Positions 40,734 to 53,060 of a stretch of 64,000 bases of DNA are shown piece by piece; position 1 is the stretch's first letter, and every line of letters starts with the position of its first letter. The position numbers and the translations under genes were made by a program. The stretch spans positions 11,408,001 to 11,472,000 of the forward strand of contig OZ234494.1 of NCBI GenBank assembly GCA_965153455.1, written 5' to 3'. Origin of the DNA: Sphagnum compactum (Eukaryota). The notes beneath the pieces are model-generated. The model was not told where the DNA came from. It saw nothing but the letters and a program-made list of their open reading frames with translations, and did no database searches.

Positions 40734-41288
40734 TATGACAATGGGGTTGCATCTATATTCCAGCAGCCACAGGCAACAAATGAAGGCATGACACTTGGCT
40801 CCATCCAATATGTGGGTGTACTAAAGGACATAATCTTGTTAAATTACGGACTGGTGTCTCAACCAGTGATACTCTTCAAATGTGATTGGGTTACACCTGG
40901 GTTTGATAGGTGGGGGAACCCAACGTATAAACGGGATGAAGATGGATTTTTGCTTGCAAATTTCCGCAACTTGAAAGCGAAAGTTACTGAACTATTTGTG
41001 TTTCCATCACAAGTGCAACAAGTGTTCTATGCAGATGAACCAAACACTCCGTGGTGGAAGGTTGTTCTCCACAAAGAGGCAAGGTCTAAACGCATAGTAG
41101 CTGAAAACAGTGAGGAAATTGGTACTCCTATTGACAATGTAATTGGAACAGAGGTGCCACTCATCATCCTAGAGGTACTAAGTAACACTACACTTGTAGG
41201 TGCCATTGAATTAACTGGAACTGAGGCAATCTTGGCTGCTACGGGGTTACAAAGGCCCTCTGAAAATGAAGAGGATGCAATGGGTTGA
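40734..41288 (+). pseudogene. CACTA (En/Spm) Tnp2 transposase C-terminal fragment, DUF4216-like
   Basis: Open frame YDNGV...QYVGVLKDIILLNYG...VILFKCDWV...DEDGFLLANF...FVFPSQVQQVFYADEPNTPWWKVVL, typical of the CACTA TnpD C-terminus. The N-terminal transposase is absent. Confidence 0.8.
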
Positions 41289-41335
41289 CCTCCCTTTTTA
41301 TTCCAGTCCACATGGGCAAGGCACATGGGATTGCA

Positions 41336-41931
41336 ATTGTGACTCTCCGCGGGGGCTACATCGAAATGACACTTTTTCCCAAGATTTTCAAATGCGAATT
41401 TCAAAATTGGGACGATTATTGACCCAAAACTTTGGATGTTCACATCTTCTTCAAGTAAAACATGTTTGGAGCATGTGAGGGCAACATTTTATAACCTTCA
41501 AAAAGATATTGTAATTAGTGTATTGCACACCCTAATCATAAATCATTTGACCCCTATTTTAAGGGGATTTGTGGTCAGGAGTCAAATTTCAATTTGATTC
41601 TTGACCTTTCTTTTGATCATAATCTCATGCATTTCAGGTTTAAATGAACAATGTGAGGGTAGTTTAGGCATCTACACTTTGAAACCTTTCCAATGGTATC
41701 ATGCGGGCCCAATTTGATTTTTTTTTAAAAAACCAAAGTTTTAAATATTCAGGACTTTCGCACGAGTGCAACTCCCAAAGTGGGAGTGCACTTGGGAGTC
41801 ATTAGGCTCAATCTCTTGCACTCTCCCCCACTTGTGAAAGTGTGTTTCATTCCCGAACACACTCTCTTGGCCTCATGTGCCCTTGCATTCCACATTGAGT
41901 TGCAAATCCAATGTTGCCCAAGGTTGTGACA
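41336..41931 (-). mobile_element. Truncated LTR-like repeat
   Basis: Begins TGTCACAACC on the minus strand at 41931. It is GC-richer than its flanks and abuts the CACTA fragment. No matching second end was found. Confidence 0.45.
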
Positions 41932-42509
41932 AATCATGCACATATAAAAAACACAAGTGAAATATTAACTCTATAGAAATAATTTATAAAGTAATCTTAA
42001 TATCTTTTCTTATGGCCAAGTATAAAAATGGAGCCCTTAGATATGGCGGGTTTTTTTTTAAAGTAAGGGCTTTTAGAAAAATATGCACATTTGTTTTCCT
42101 ATTTTGAGTATATTTCTTATTCCACTATAAACAGTTAAGAATTCTTAATTGCCTATAAAATAAACACAAGTTAGTCAAAACAAAAACTTCCATATGCCCA
42201 TGTTTAACACAATGTTCCATGTTAGAGCTCAAAAATTTCAAATTCAAGATAATAAGGTAATAATTTTTATAAATTTGAAAACTAGTATTCAATATTTAAG
42301 ACAATTGCTATTATCATGTGTAATGAGGCTTCTACTAGAGATTCATTATGCATGGTGTATAAATTTGGTTTGAACATTGATTAATTATGTAACTATGTAT
42401 CATTTTTCAACAATATATAGGAAGTTAATGGCCATTAACATGGACGCATGTATTCAATATATGGTTTACATTTTAATGTACAAAGTAGATCATCATGTAC
42501 AAAATATCT

Positions 42510-45075
42510 AAAAGCAAATCACAAATTTCATATGTATCTAACCTTATAGTAAAGTTTAAAATTGTTATGGTGGAAGTAGATCACAAATTTCGTATATATG
42601 ACATTGTGAATGAATTCAAAACTGTTATGGTGGAAACATATGGAAAATTATATATATCCCATTGGAGATGAATTCACAATTGTTATCGTGGAAACTAATC
42701 ACAAATTTCATATATATGACATTGTAGATGAATTCAAAATTGTTGTGGTGGGATGTGAGCCATATCGACATAACCATGTGCAGTAGTCTCAATTTTAAGA
42801 GTTGCATTAGGGTTATTTGAATGTGGTAAGGTTATTAAAGGCTTTTAGCAACTTCATTAGGAATGATGAATGCGCTTGGTGCGTGGAAAGGTTTTTCCAA
42901 AATACGATATTGATGAATAAGGTGTTGGGTTAGTTATTTTTTTCTTTTCTTCAACAAAAAAATAAAATGGTAACCATAGTTTAAAAATTTCAGTTGCATA
43001 ATTGAGGATGGAAAATCTTTAGAGGGTTGGGGGTAGAAGCAGACGCCAAAATTTGTGATGTTCAGCACAACATTGGTCTTATCCTAATGTTTAGTGAGTA
43101 GTAAGGATGTTTGAAATTCATGAAGCAGTTGAAGGGGTGTTAATGAAGGGTCTAATAGAGATAGAACAATCTTCAAGCTGTATGACATAAGATTAATTCA
43201 AGTCAACTTAACGATTAAATAGATAATGTGATAGTGTGTTAGTGACAACAAGAGTTTCATAATGACTAAAACATTTATTTATATCATGAATAATCTCAAC
43301 AAGGAGCTGCAAGTACATGCTAGGTCTTGGGCCATGCCATAGTGATAGTTCATAATTGCAGGAAATTTAGGATGCGTCGAATGGTGCGAATTAGGTAGTC
43401 CGCCTTGCTATTAAGTGGCAGTCGACGAATCGGACTGCGCAACCAACAATAGTGTTCAATGCCGAGAACTAAAGACCATGCGAAGATAGAAGTGTTTCTA
43501 GTTTCGTAACGACCTTCACAGACAGTTTCGGGTTCGTCACCAAAAGTGAGGTCGACTCGCAAGAAAATCATCAAAGTGCGAGAGTTTGGAGAAATACGAT
43601 AGTACCAGGCTCGAAGGGGTTCAACTTCAAGACGAGCACGCACCTCTCAAGGTTCGGGTTTTTCATCACAAGGATGCTGTGTTAGGGTCAAATTTAGAGA
43701 TGACTCTAGAGACGATTCTTTATTCGTTCGTGCGACTTGGGGCCCGTAAGATGTGACCATGCGCGACACCATATTTTCAAGGAGAGGAAGTAAGTCAGAT
43801 CTTCAATCAAAATCAGATCGACAATGAGAGGGTGGGGGACTTATTATATTGATATGCGAAGTCGTAAGTTATAGATCAAGGAAAAGGAAGGAAATGCGTG
43901 AGTAACGGCCTACAACCCTAATAAAGTAAAACCTTAAAGTCAAAGGGAAAAGTTGAAGGTCTAAGTAAAATTGTTAGGGGGAAAGTGGGAAAAAGTGAAA
44001 AGGTGAAAAAATGTTTTTCCTTCACCTTCCATTGGCCACCAAGCTTGGAACATTTCATTGGCCATTAAGTTTGGAACATTTCATTGGTCACCAAGCTTGG
44101 AACCTTCCATTGGGCACCAAGCTTTGGATCTATCTTCACTTCCCTTCTCCTTTTTTAAAAAGGGGTCTCGAATCATTGGGGGCGCTCTCTTTTCCCGGAC
44201 ATAATTTTTAATTGAAATATTGAAAGTACTTGTTCCCACAAGCTTCTTAAGGAGGAAAATATTGATTGGTCTTGGTAGATGGAAGGAAGAAAGAGAGTAG
44301 AATGGACATTTTGTAGTAGTTTTGAAGGTATGGAAGTGAGTAGGGAGGGTGTTGGCAAGTTGAAATCTTAAAAAAAAAAATCTCAAAAACCCTCTCGGGT
44401 TTTGTAACATAACTTCTTACTAGTTTAGCTGCAGAGCTTAAGATTTGGTAGCAAGGTGCGCCTTGTAGTTAGCTTTCTAAGGAGCTAAGGCAAGTCGGAT
44501 TTGAATAACCTATGTGTTAAAAGCAATATTTCAAATGACTGATGATTTACAACCAAGTTGAATTTATCACCTTCGTAAAACCCTCTCGGGTTTCATGGCA
44601 TAACTTTTAACTAGTTTAGCTATAGAGCTTAGGATTTAATAGTGATGTGCGCCTTGTAATTAACTTTCTATGAAGTTAAAGCAAGCCAAATTTGAATAAC
44701 TGATGTGTTAGAAACAATATTTCAAGTGATTGATGGACTGCAGCTAAGTTGAACATGGTGTTGAGTCCTTAAAAAGTTGGTTTAAATGAATGACAATTTG
44801 ACATAAAATTTTAGGATTTGGAATGTTTGAGCTCGGAAAATATATCTATTAGTTCTAATCGTAAATGATGCATAGGAGGTAAGCTACTTAGTCTCAACTA
44901 CAAACGTAATTTAACATCTAGAAATACACTTGCATTTCCCCTCACCGATAGCATTTGTGCTTTCAAGTATAATCACCTTGTAGAGCCAGGAGTAGTCGCC
45001 TCACATGGGAACAAATCACAAATTTCATATGTATTACATTTTAAATGACTTCATATGAGTTCAAATTTGTTATGG
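42510..45075. repeat. About 60-bp degenerate tandem repeat (TTGTTATGGTGGAA...ATCACAAATTTCATATATATGACATTGT...) split by the solo LTR
   Basis: Units at about 42515-42753 resume in register at 45006-45075. Confidence 0.75.
42754..45005. mobile_element. Solo LTR (2252 bp) with a 5-bp target-site duplication
   Basis: Ends TGTGAG...CTCACA (TG...CA, 6-bp inverted), flanked by TGGGA (42749-42753) and TGGGA (45006-45010). It contains a 26-bp x4 repeat (about 44026-44128) and a duplication of about 190 bp (about 44386-44755). Confidence 0.85.
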
Positions 45076-45369
45076 TGCAAAAAAATCATACAACCCTTGT
45101 ACTTCAAATTTTATTATCTTTCTTCCAACAATAATCCATTATTAGTTCCGCATCTAGCTAAAGGTGAATGAAAACATCACAAATAAGCATGAATTGTCTT
45201 ATAAATGAAAAGTGCAACATGGAATATCTAAATCTACTATGAAGTTATTTAAATCTTACATTATTATAGTCTCAAATCATTATCACTCTGGTTAGAATTT
45301 TTAGATGTCAATGCTTGACAAATTCGAATATGGACAGATTTAATACATCGTTCGTGTGTCTTTAATCTT

Positions 45370-45690
45370 TGTTGAAAATTCAAGCTCAACTAATTAGGTT
45401 TCATTGTTACTGAAGTAGGAAAGTAACTAGGTTACATTCACAAGGTTAAATTACTTTCTTTACTTATATTAGTTTGGTTATTTGTGGTTTGATCTTTTAG
45501 TTAAATACCTTATTGTTGATGGTTTGGTTTTTTTTTTCATTGCACAAGTTTGTGTATTTCATGTGACAAGATCTTTGAAAAGTTCTTGATGTCATGTTCC
45601 ATGTTGTGAGCATCATGTTTTAGTTTCCTTTGAATAAAGATTTATGTTTGCACTTGACTAAATTTCCTATTAACATGGTATTAGAGCTTA
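45370..45690 (+). mobile_element. Ty1/Copia-like LTR followed by a tRNA-iMet primer-binding site
   Basis: TGTTGAAAAT (45370) ... AATAAA ... TTAACA (45675), followed immediately by TGGTATTAGAGC, one transition from the canonical TGGTATCAGAGC. The internal region is truncated shortly after. Confidence 0.6.
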
Positions 45691-45949
45691 GGTTGTTTGA
45701 TGAGGAAGTTGAAAGAGATCTAGAGCTAGAAAATATCTAGAATCAGAGCTTGAGAGTCTTTAGTAGTATCATAAGAGTTTGTCATGTGTAATAAAGAAAT
45801 GAGGAAAGGAATAAATGTGAAGAGAAAGAAAAGAAAAGAAAAGAGGTGAGAGGATATTAACACATCAAAGGTCGTGGAAGTTAGATTTTTAAATCTAAAT
45901 CTAAATTTACTTTAAAAAGATCTTGGAGTGAAACTTGGAGAGATTATTG

Positions 45950-47050
45950 AAGACTATAAAACACTTTTATTCCCAAATTTTCAAAAGAAAAGGATATGTT
46001 TTTTCAGAGTTATGAACTTTTGAAAACTTTGTGCTAGAAGGTCTAATTGAATGGAACTCCCTTCTTTGTAAGATCAGTTAAGGACATGACAAATATTACA
46101 CAAACATGCATAATGTCTTTATACCATTCAATGTGACCTAAAACCTTTTGCACCTTTTAAACATCGGTCGAAGATGCAGGTTGACAATAATTTTCATATT
46201 TTTTCGATTAGGTTTTTTTGTTTTTGTTAAATATCATATAACTAAGTAAAATACCATGTTACACTACAAGATAAATCTTGTTTAGGTTCAAGGTTATTCC
46301 ATAGCGACGACATTGACAACATGGATATATGGTCATCCTTGAAAGTCTTTGTGTTAAAATCATTAATAAATATAAACATGCACTTGTGCAAAAAGTTAGC
46401 AAATGCATATTTTATCACTATTTGAAATGCAGTTGGTGTATTATACAACCTAAATGACATCACCACAAATATGAATGTGCCCTAAAAATGATATTGTGAT
46501 AATCCTTAAGAACTATTGAAACTTGGTTATATCTTGAGTAATCATCCATAAAAATGTATAGTTCATGACCTCTCATTTTATTCAATATGGTATTAACGAA
46601 TGAAAGAAGGAAATGATCTTTTTAACTATTTCTATTCAATATTCGATAATCAATGCACATTCGAAGTTTCCCATTTTTCTTTTTCACTAAAACCATATAG
46701 GGTACCCAATTAGTAATCTTTATTGACTTAATAAAACTAGCTTGTAACATTTTTTTTTCCAATTTTCCCTTAACTAATAATTTTAGGCGAATGTTAATTT
46801 GATGTTTTTTTTTTATAAATAAGCCTAACATCTAGAACGAAAAGAATGGTAGGTTGAACAATTTAAGGAGAAATTCCTTTGAGATCTTTATAAGACTAGG
46901 CAAAAATATCGTAATATTCCATTATAAGGCCTTTGTATTAAATAACTTTTTCATTGAACAATTGTGAACCAATTTTAATTGATCGAAGTTCTTTGCCCAA
47001 ATAAGTAGCACTAATGGTTTTTCAATTTAATTCACACACATGCACTAGAA
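45950..47050 (-). pseudogene. Decayed Ty3/Gypsy reverse transcriptase
   Basis: ITNWVPYMVLVKKKNGKLRMCIDYRILN, VMSFRLYNTPTAFQ and FIFINDF (decayed YIDD), with stops and frameshifts. Confidence 0.85.
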
Positions 47051-50000
47051 TTATAAGATCATGATACCAATCATTTGATATTAGTGGATAGATAAAAAGA
47101 TCATAATTAATTTCAATGCTAGATGATGTCTTCTTAAAATATAATGATGTCTTCATAGGTAATGCCATGAATTATAGTGGTGAAGTTGACTAGACAGTTG
47201 TAGTTTATAAGCTAGATAGTGATAGTTTGTAAACTCACACTTTTTGATTAATTTTGCCTTCTTTTTCGACTTTTATTTTCATTTAAAAAAAATAATTCTC
47301 TTCATCATCATTTTTTTTTCACCTACCCTTTCCCCTTCAGTTGTAATATTGAAATGAAAATTTGACTTTGGATTTGAAGGGATTCCAATATTACTTTAAA
47401 GAACTATGTTATCATATTCATCAGCCTTCTTTACATACTTTTCATTTTGTTTCATGATGAAAATTTCATTTAATTTCAAATCATTGTGCAAAAGAAAATT
47501 ATTGGTTGTTTCTATGGCATTCGTCATGGGTTTTATGATGGGAAGTGGATTATAATTTGTCATTAAGCTGAAGTTTAAATCTAAATTAAGTATTGGGGTA
47601 TGTTGAAAAATTTTCAATGTAAAAATTCAATTGATTGAAATTTTTTAATTTTTATTTTCACAAATATATTAATTATAATTCATGTTTCATATCATTACGA
47701 AAATACATACCTTAAAAACTTGACTCATGTTATTTTCCTCTTTTCATTTTTCACCTATGATGTTTTCCCTTTTTTTCTTTTTTCATTAGTGTCGTTTCCC
47801 CCTTTTCATTCATCACTTGTGTTATTTTTCCTTTTTTGCTTTTCAGTTGTGTTTTTTTCTTGTTTTTTGAGTACAAAATTGTTGAAATTTTTGAAGTAAT
47901 GATAATAATTAGTTTGAAAATGGATAATTTTGGTTTAAAAGTGTAGTAATCAAAACCAAATTAACCATAATGGAAAGTTTTTAAGCAGTTTTATACAAAA
48001 AAACCATGTTAAGTTTTTTAAAATCATTAGGTGAAGTAAACCAAAAAAATTTTAATCATAATTTTATCCACTTAAACAAAAAGATGAATTTCACAAGACA
48101 TGACATATTCATATAAAAATTATCAATTTTTTCGTAATGTAAACAACTCAAAAGCATACAAATTTGTAAATTCCAAAACAAAAATCCAAATAAAACTAAA
48201 AGCTTTGAAAAAAAAATACAAAATAAAAACATGAACTTGCATTACATTTACATAATAAATGACAATAAACTCAATAGGGGTGTGATATTAAATTAAATGA
48301 AATGGATTGAAACACACATTTAAAGGTTTGTTCACCTACAAAAGTTTAAATGTTTAAAAACATGTTGCAAATTAATTACTTTCATATTTTATTAACAATA
48401 TTTAAAAAAAATTTAGAGCTTTTGATGAATAATAAAAAATGAAAGAATAATGTATAAAGATTAATGTTGATGAAATTGTAATAAATATGAAAATTTCATA
48501 TTGAAATTTGGGAACATTCAATGAAGTAATTCATTTATAAATTGAAACGATGTAATATGCATCTTGGTGTTTAATAATTTGTCACACAACTTAAGATTGA
48601 CTTTATAATAGGAATTAAAATCAAAACTCATTAATTTGAGTAAAATCAACATGTAATTTATTGGGTGTGTAACAAATTACACATTATGATAAAAACAAAA
48701 ATTTATTATTTAATAAATGAATTTGTTTCATAAAAAAATGACTACATTTGAATACACAATTATGTAATCAATTCAAATTCATTTCTTTTGCCATAGTTAT
48801 TTTCATAACAATAATCGCAAAAAAATTATTATCATGAAAAAAAAAATTCTAACTATTGAACTTACATTATTTTGTGAATGTCATTGCATTTTAAAACAAA
48901 TGCTTGGTGATTTGTAACAATTTAAACTATGCAAAACAACATATGTAAAGTAACTTAACTTAGCTCAGTGATGAATAAATTAAACACATTCAAGTAGATT
49001 ATAAGTATGAAGATTGGAACTCTTAATTTTTCATTTTTTGTTATAATCATTGCTCCACATTTCATTAAGTGATAAAATTTATCATTACATTATTATGAAC
49101 ATTTCTTTTAATCTTACATAGTAAGCCAATTTGTTTACCTTAATTTTCTACCTAGCCTAAGTTATTTAAAACTATTATAAACATATTTACTTATGTGGAG
49201 TATAAATTCAAAAAATGAAAAATAAAAATAAATTAGACCTTCGAAAATATCTTTTAAATTTAAATTCGTATTAATGCATAGATAGATTATTCAAATTAAA
49301 ATTTCACACACAACACGTACATCATTCACATAACACACATACAAATATGTAAAGTTACATTTGCTTGAGTAATATTCACTCATGAACTTAAGATTTAAGT
49401 TTCATTTGAGTTATATTCAAAAGAGAGTTAATCACTATATGTTTAAAGACTTCACCTTATGATAGTCATTCACTGAATTTTTATTATACATGCCTTAATC
49501 ATCATGACACCATATCAGTTTGTTCCATCATATGTTCCTTATGCACAAAAGTGTATTACAAGCCTCGACAAAAAATGAATAATATGAAAAAAAATGACCT
49601 TTTGTAACGTAATTTGTGTTAAACCTTGGGAACTCAAAAAATGTTTTAGATTCAAACCCATTAATTTGCAAGTGAAATTTATCGATTGGGTTGATTATTG
49701 TGCTTAAATTTTTTTAAAAAAGAAATGAAAATTAGATTAAAACTTCACCAACAATTTCTTAAATACATTGAATCAAATATCCACCACATTAATTTACATA
49801 TATTAAACATCAACTTCAAGTCAATATCATTATTTCCCAAACCTACCTTTTAGAACTAGCATCCTTTTACAGATAAATCATTAAATTATCTGAAATTTAA
49901 TTTTTAAGGATTTAATCAAGTTCAAGCAATTTACTTTTCCTCATGCTAAACTCAAAATAGTTATTAAATCATTGATGAGTTGAAATACTTGACTAAAAGA

Positions 50001-50592
50001 TTTTAAAATGTAAAGGATAGTCATTTTTCTCATGAGTCCATCTTTTTACAAAGTTCCCATGATACCCAATCGACGTAAATAATCCTATTCACAAATTCCA
50101 TTTTTATTAACGCATTTTGACCTTAAAGGTCCATGGAGTGTGGTAGAACTCACCTAATAATTATTTGTAATTAGTTTTGAACCAAACAACAATACACCAA
50201 AAAAAGAAAACACCATTTTCTAGAAAGTAGTAATTTCACAAAAAGAATCCCATTAGCATAATTCCTTCAATGCCAATTATGAATACTTTCCACAAACACT
50301 AATTCAATCCGGTCCACTCTCAATAAGAATTAAGTGTTCCATGGGGATTCAAAGGAAAATTCAAAATTTAATGAATGACATTGAACATAGGGATTTGAAA
50401 AGACACAAAGGTAGTCAACACATGAGTATTTTGTTTTATTCCCATGATGCCCATCGGGTATCATGGGAACTTTATAGAACAGAATTGGCACAAGTCTTTA
50501 TGCTTAGTAAAGCCCATGGCCGTGGGCTATACTGGATTTGGGCCCACACTTGGCTCTGCCTCATGTGGGCCCTTATTCCAGTAAAACTATTG

Positions 50593-50764
50593 AGTCTTGA
50601 ACCAGGTACGCACCTCATGAAGGTGTGAGCATTGTGCCTCCACAATAAGTCTCCAAGTGTGGCCATTGCACTTCAAAGTCTTGAACCAGGTACGCACCTC
50701 ATGAAGGTGTGAGCATTGTGCCTCCACCATAAGTCTCCAAGTGTGGCACTTGCACTTCAAAGTC
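50593..50764. repeat. 84-bp near-perfect tandem duplication just downstream of the OsmC-like stop codon
   Basis: AGTCTTGAACCAGGTACGCACCTCATGAAGGTGTGAGCATTGTGCCTCCAC...TGCACTTCAA at 50593 and again at 50677. Confidence 0.9.
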
Positions 50765-50814
50765 ACGGATCCTGACCTCCACAAATCTCAAAGACTATTC
50801 TCGAGAGCTGTTTG

Positions 50815-52679
50815 CTATGGTGCAAGCTTCATATCAATCCCATCTCGCATTTTCCCTAGCATCATCTGTTTAACTGGACACTTTGCTGCATTTGCCACCA
50901 CCAAGCATGTCTCAAACGTATGACTTTGTTCTAATTGTTCTCAAACATGCCTATTGACAAAGTCTAGGTGTAGATGTATGTATGGAACTATCTTTCAGTG
51001 TGTGCAAAAGGCACCCACAATGAGATATCCACAATATCATAAACCTTTTGGTATCACCTTGTGCATACAGGTGTCCACTATGCTCAAACATCTCATACTC
51101 TTGTAATTCTTTATTTCATCTCCATCTTTCCGATAAAACTGTCCCACATAAAGCAATGCCCAAAATATATACGTGTAAATGCGACATAGTAAACAAGTTG
51201 AATAAGCCGAGTACCTGACACTTGTAATAACCTCTCCTTTTGTTGTGATGTTAGGTTGCCTTCCAGCTTAAGGGTCATTTGAAGCCCATCAGGTACTGAA
51301 CCAGCTGCACACCGAATTTGGACCTTCAAAACAAGCTCTATACAAAGCTGCTTACAAAAGAAACTTCTGATTGAGTTTTTGATAAGTTTGTTTCATACAA
51401 GAACATACCAATTGGGGACCTATGAAACCTTCACAACTCATTAATTTGAACATCTTCTTGTTGTTCTTCTTTCATTCCAAATCACAGTTTTCAATCTTCT
51501 TCTTAGTCCAAAGCAAGACAGTAGAGACTAACTCCAATAGTCTTGATCAAATTTCAAGAGGATATATAAATCTGTAAGTGCCATCCAGCAGAACAATTGG
51601 TGCAAGATGAATTCTGGAGTTGAAGATGTGTCATTGAAGGTGCAAATTACAGGCATCATCACTTCAGAGATGGAACAAAGTCTTACAGCCCTTCCCAAGC
51701 TCCTGCACTTCTACTTGGACATGGTGCAGTGGCCACTTCATTCTGTCTGCAAACTGCTCAAAAAACAAATTCTCTTGTGTATGAGAAGCTGATACAAATC
51801 AAATATCTTGATTGGTACCTATGAGAAACTGTCAAAAACAATATGGAGGAAAAAAAAGCTTACTGCTCAGTTCAGAGCTCTTCTATTGCAATGATGGCTT
51901 CTGTTGCAAAGCTAGTGGAAATCACTCACTCACTCACCAGACGGATTGTCATTGATGTGCACAAAGCAAGTCCAGCCAGTGCATAATCCTTTGGCCTGGG
52001 GTGCACAGCAACAAGAAGGAGAGCAATAAATAAGCCTCCCAGAAAACAAGGTTTAGGTTTTGGCTCAAGCTCTTCTGCTAGAGCATCAATAACAACACAT
52101 GACTGGACTGAAGAAGAAGAACAACAACAACAACAACACGAAATCAAGTCAGCAAGAAGACCTGCAAATCCTGCGTAGAGAAGGGATTGGCAACAAGATT
52201 TTGTTTCTTACTCGGGTGCAGTTCCGCCAGCACTCCAAGCTTCACCAAGATCACCTCTGAAAGAATGAGAGCCGGATGTGACGATGTTCTTGTAGCGCTC
52301 TCCACTCTGCCATGCCAGAGAAGAGATGGTCTTCTCCTCAGAAAAAACTCATCACAACAATCACGGCTACCACGATTCAGGATCAATGGCAAACCTGAAG
52401 AATGCTGAGCCATAACACGATTGCTACACCGGACAAGATTATCTTCTACTTTGCCAAAGATCATTGCAAAATCTAGTCGCAAATTCGGGAAAGAGTGGGG
52501 AGGAGGAGGAAGAAGCCTACGGGGTCTTCAGATGCCACTACGGTATGGAGAGCACTGTAGACGCAGCAGGATGATGGCAGCTTGGTGATGAGACGCCGCG
52601 GTGTTGTTGTGCGTTGCAGCGGTGAGCCTGCTGCTGCAATGTGCAGACCTCCGCAACGCAACAATACTGCTGCAGCCAT
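50815..52679 (-). CDS. OsmC/Ohr-superfamily protein (about 179 aa) with a putative organellar transit peptide
   Basis: Exons 52679-52521, 52306-52212, 51995-51938, 51753-51687, 51304-51215 and 50885-50815 join in frame. They give ...ERYKNIVTSGSHSFRGDLGEAWSAGGTAPEPKDYALAGLALCTSMTIRLFADRMKWPLHHVQVEV...LKLEGNLTSQQKERLLQVSAKCPVKQMMLG. Both family cysteines are present (LALC, KCPV). Confidence 0.85.
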
Positions 52680-52796
52680 GGCAAAGCGCGTCGTGTTTCA
52701 CTGTTCTCTCTACCAGATTTTGCACCAGACAGATTTCACCTAATCCTCTTGCATCAAACTGACAAAAGGTGATGCGCATCTCTCTTGTTTTGACCA

Positions 52797-53060
52797 TTGA
52801 GCCTCTTCTTTCACTTGAATCATTCTTTTTCTGTCCCCTGCAACTGCAAACATTGAGCATCTTCTTTACTTCACTTGCATCATTCTTTTGTCTCTCCTCT
52901 GCAACTGCAAACATTGAGTATCTTCTTTATTTTACTTGCATCATTCTTTTGTCTCTTTTCTGCAACTGCAAACATTGAGCGTCTGCTTTACTTCGCATCA
53001 ATCTTTTCTCTCTCCTCTTCACGTGCAAACATTCGAGTATCTTCTTTACTTGCATATTTC
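52797..53060. repeat. About 4.5 copies of a 56-61-bp tandem repeat between the Slx9-like 3' end and the OsmC-like start
   Basis: TTGAGCATCTTCTTTACTTCACTTGCATCATTCTTTTGTCTCTCCTCTGCAACTGCAAACA and variants. Confidence 0.85.

Noticed and set aside
46262..46271. CACTACAAGA as a CACTA terminus
   Set aside because: It lies inside the continuous Gypsy RT remnant with no subterminal repeats, so it is probably chance.
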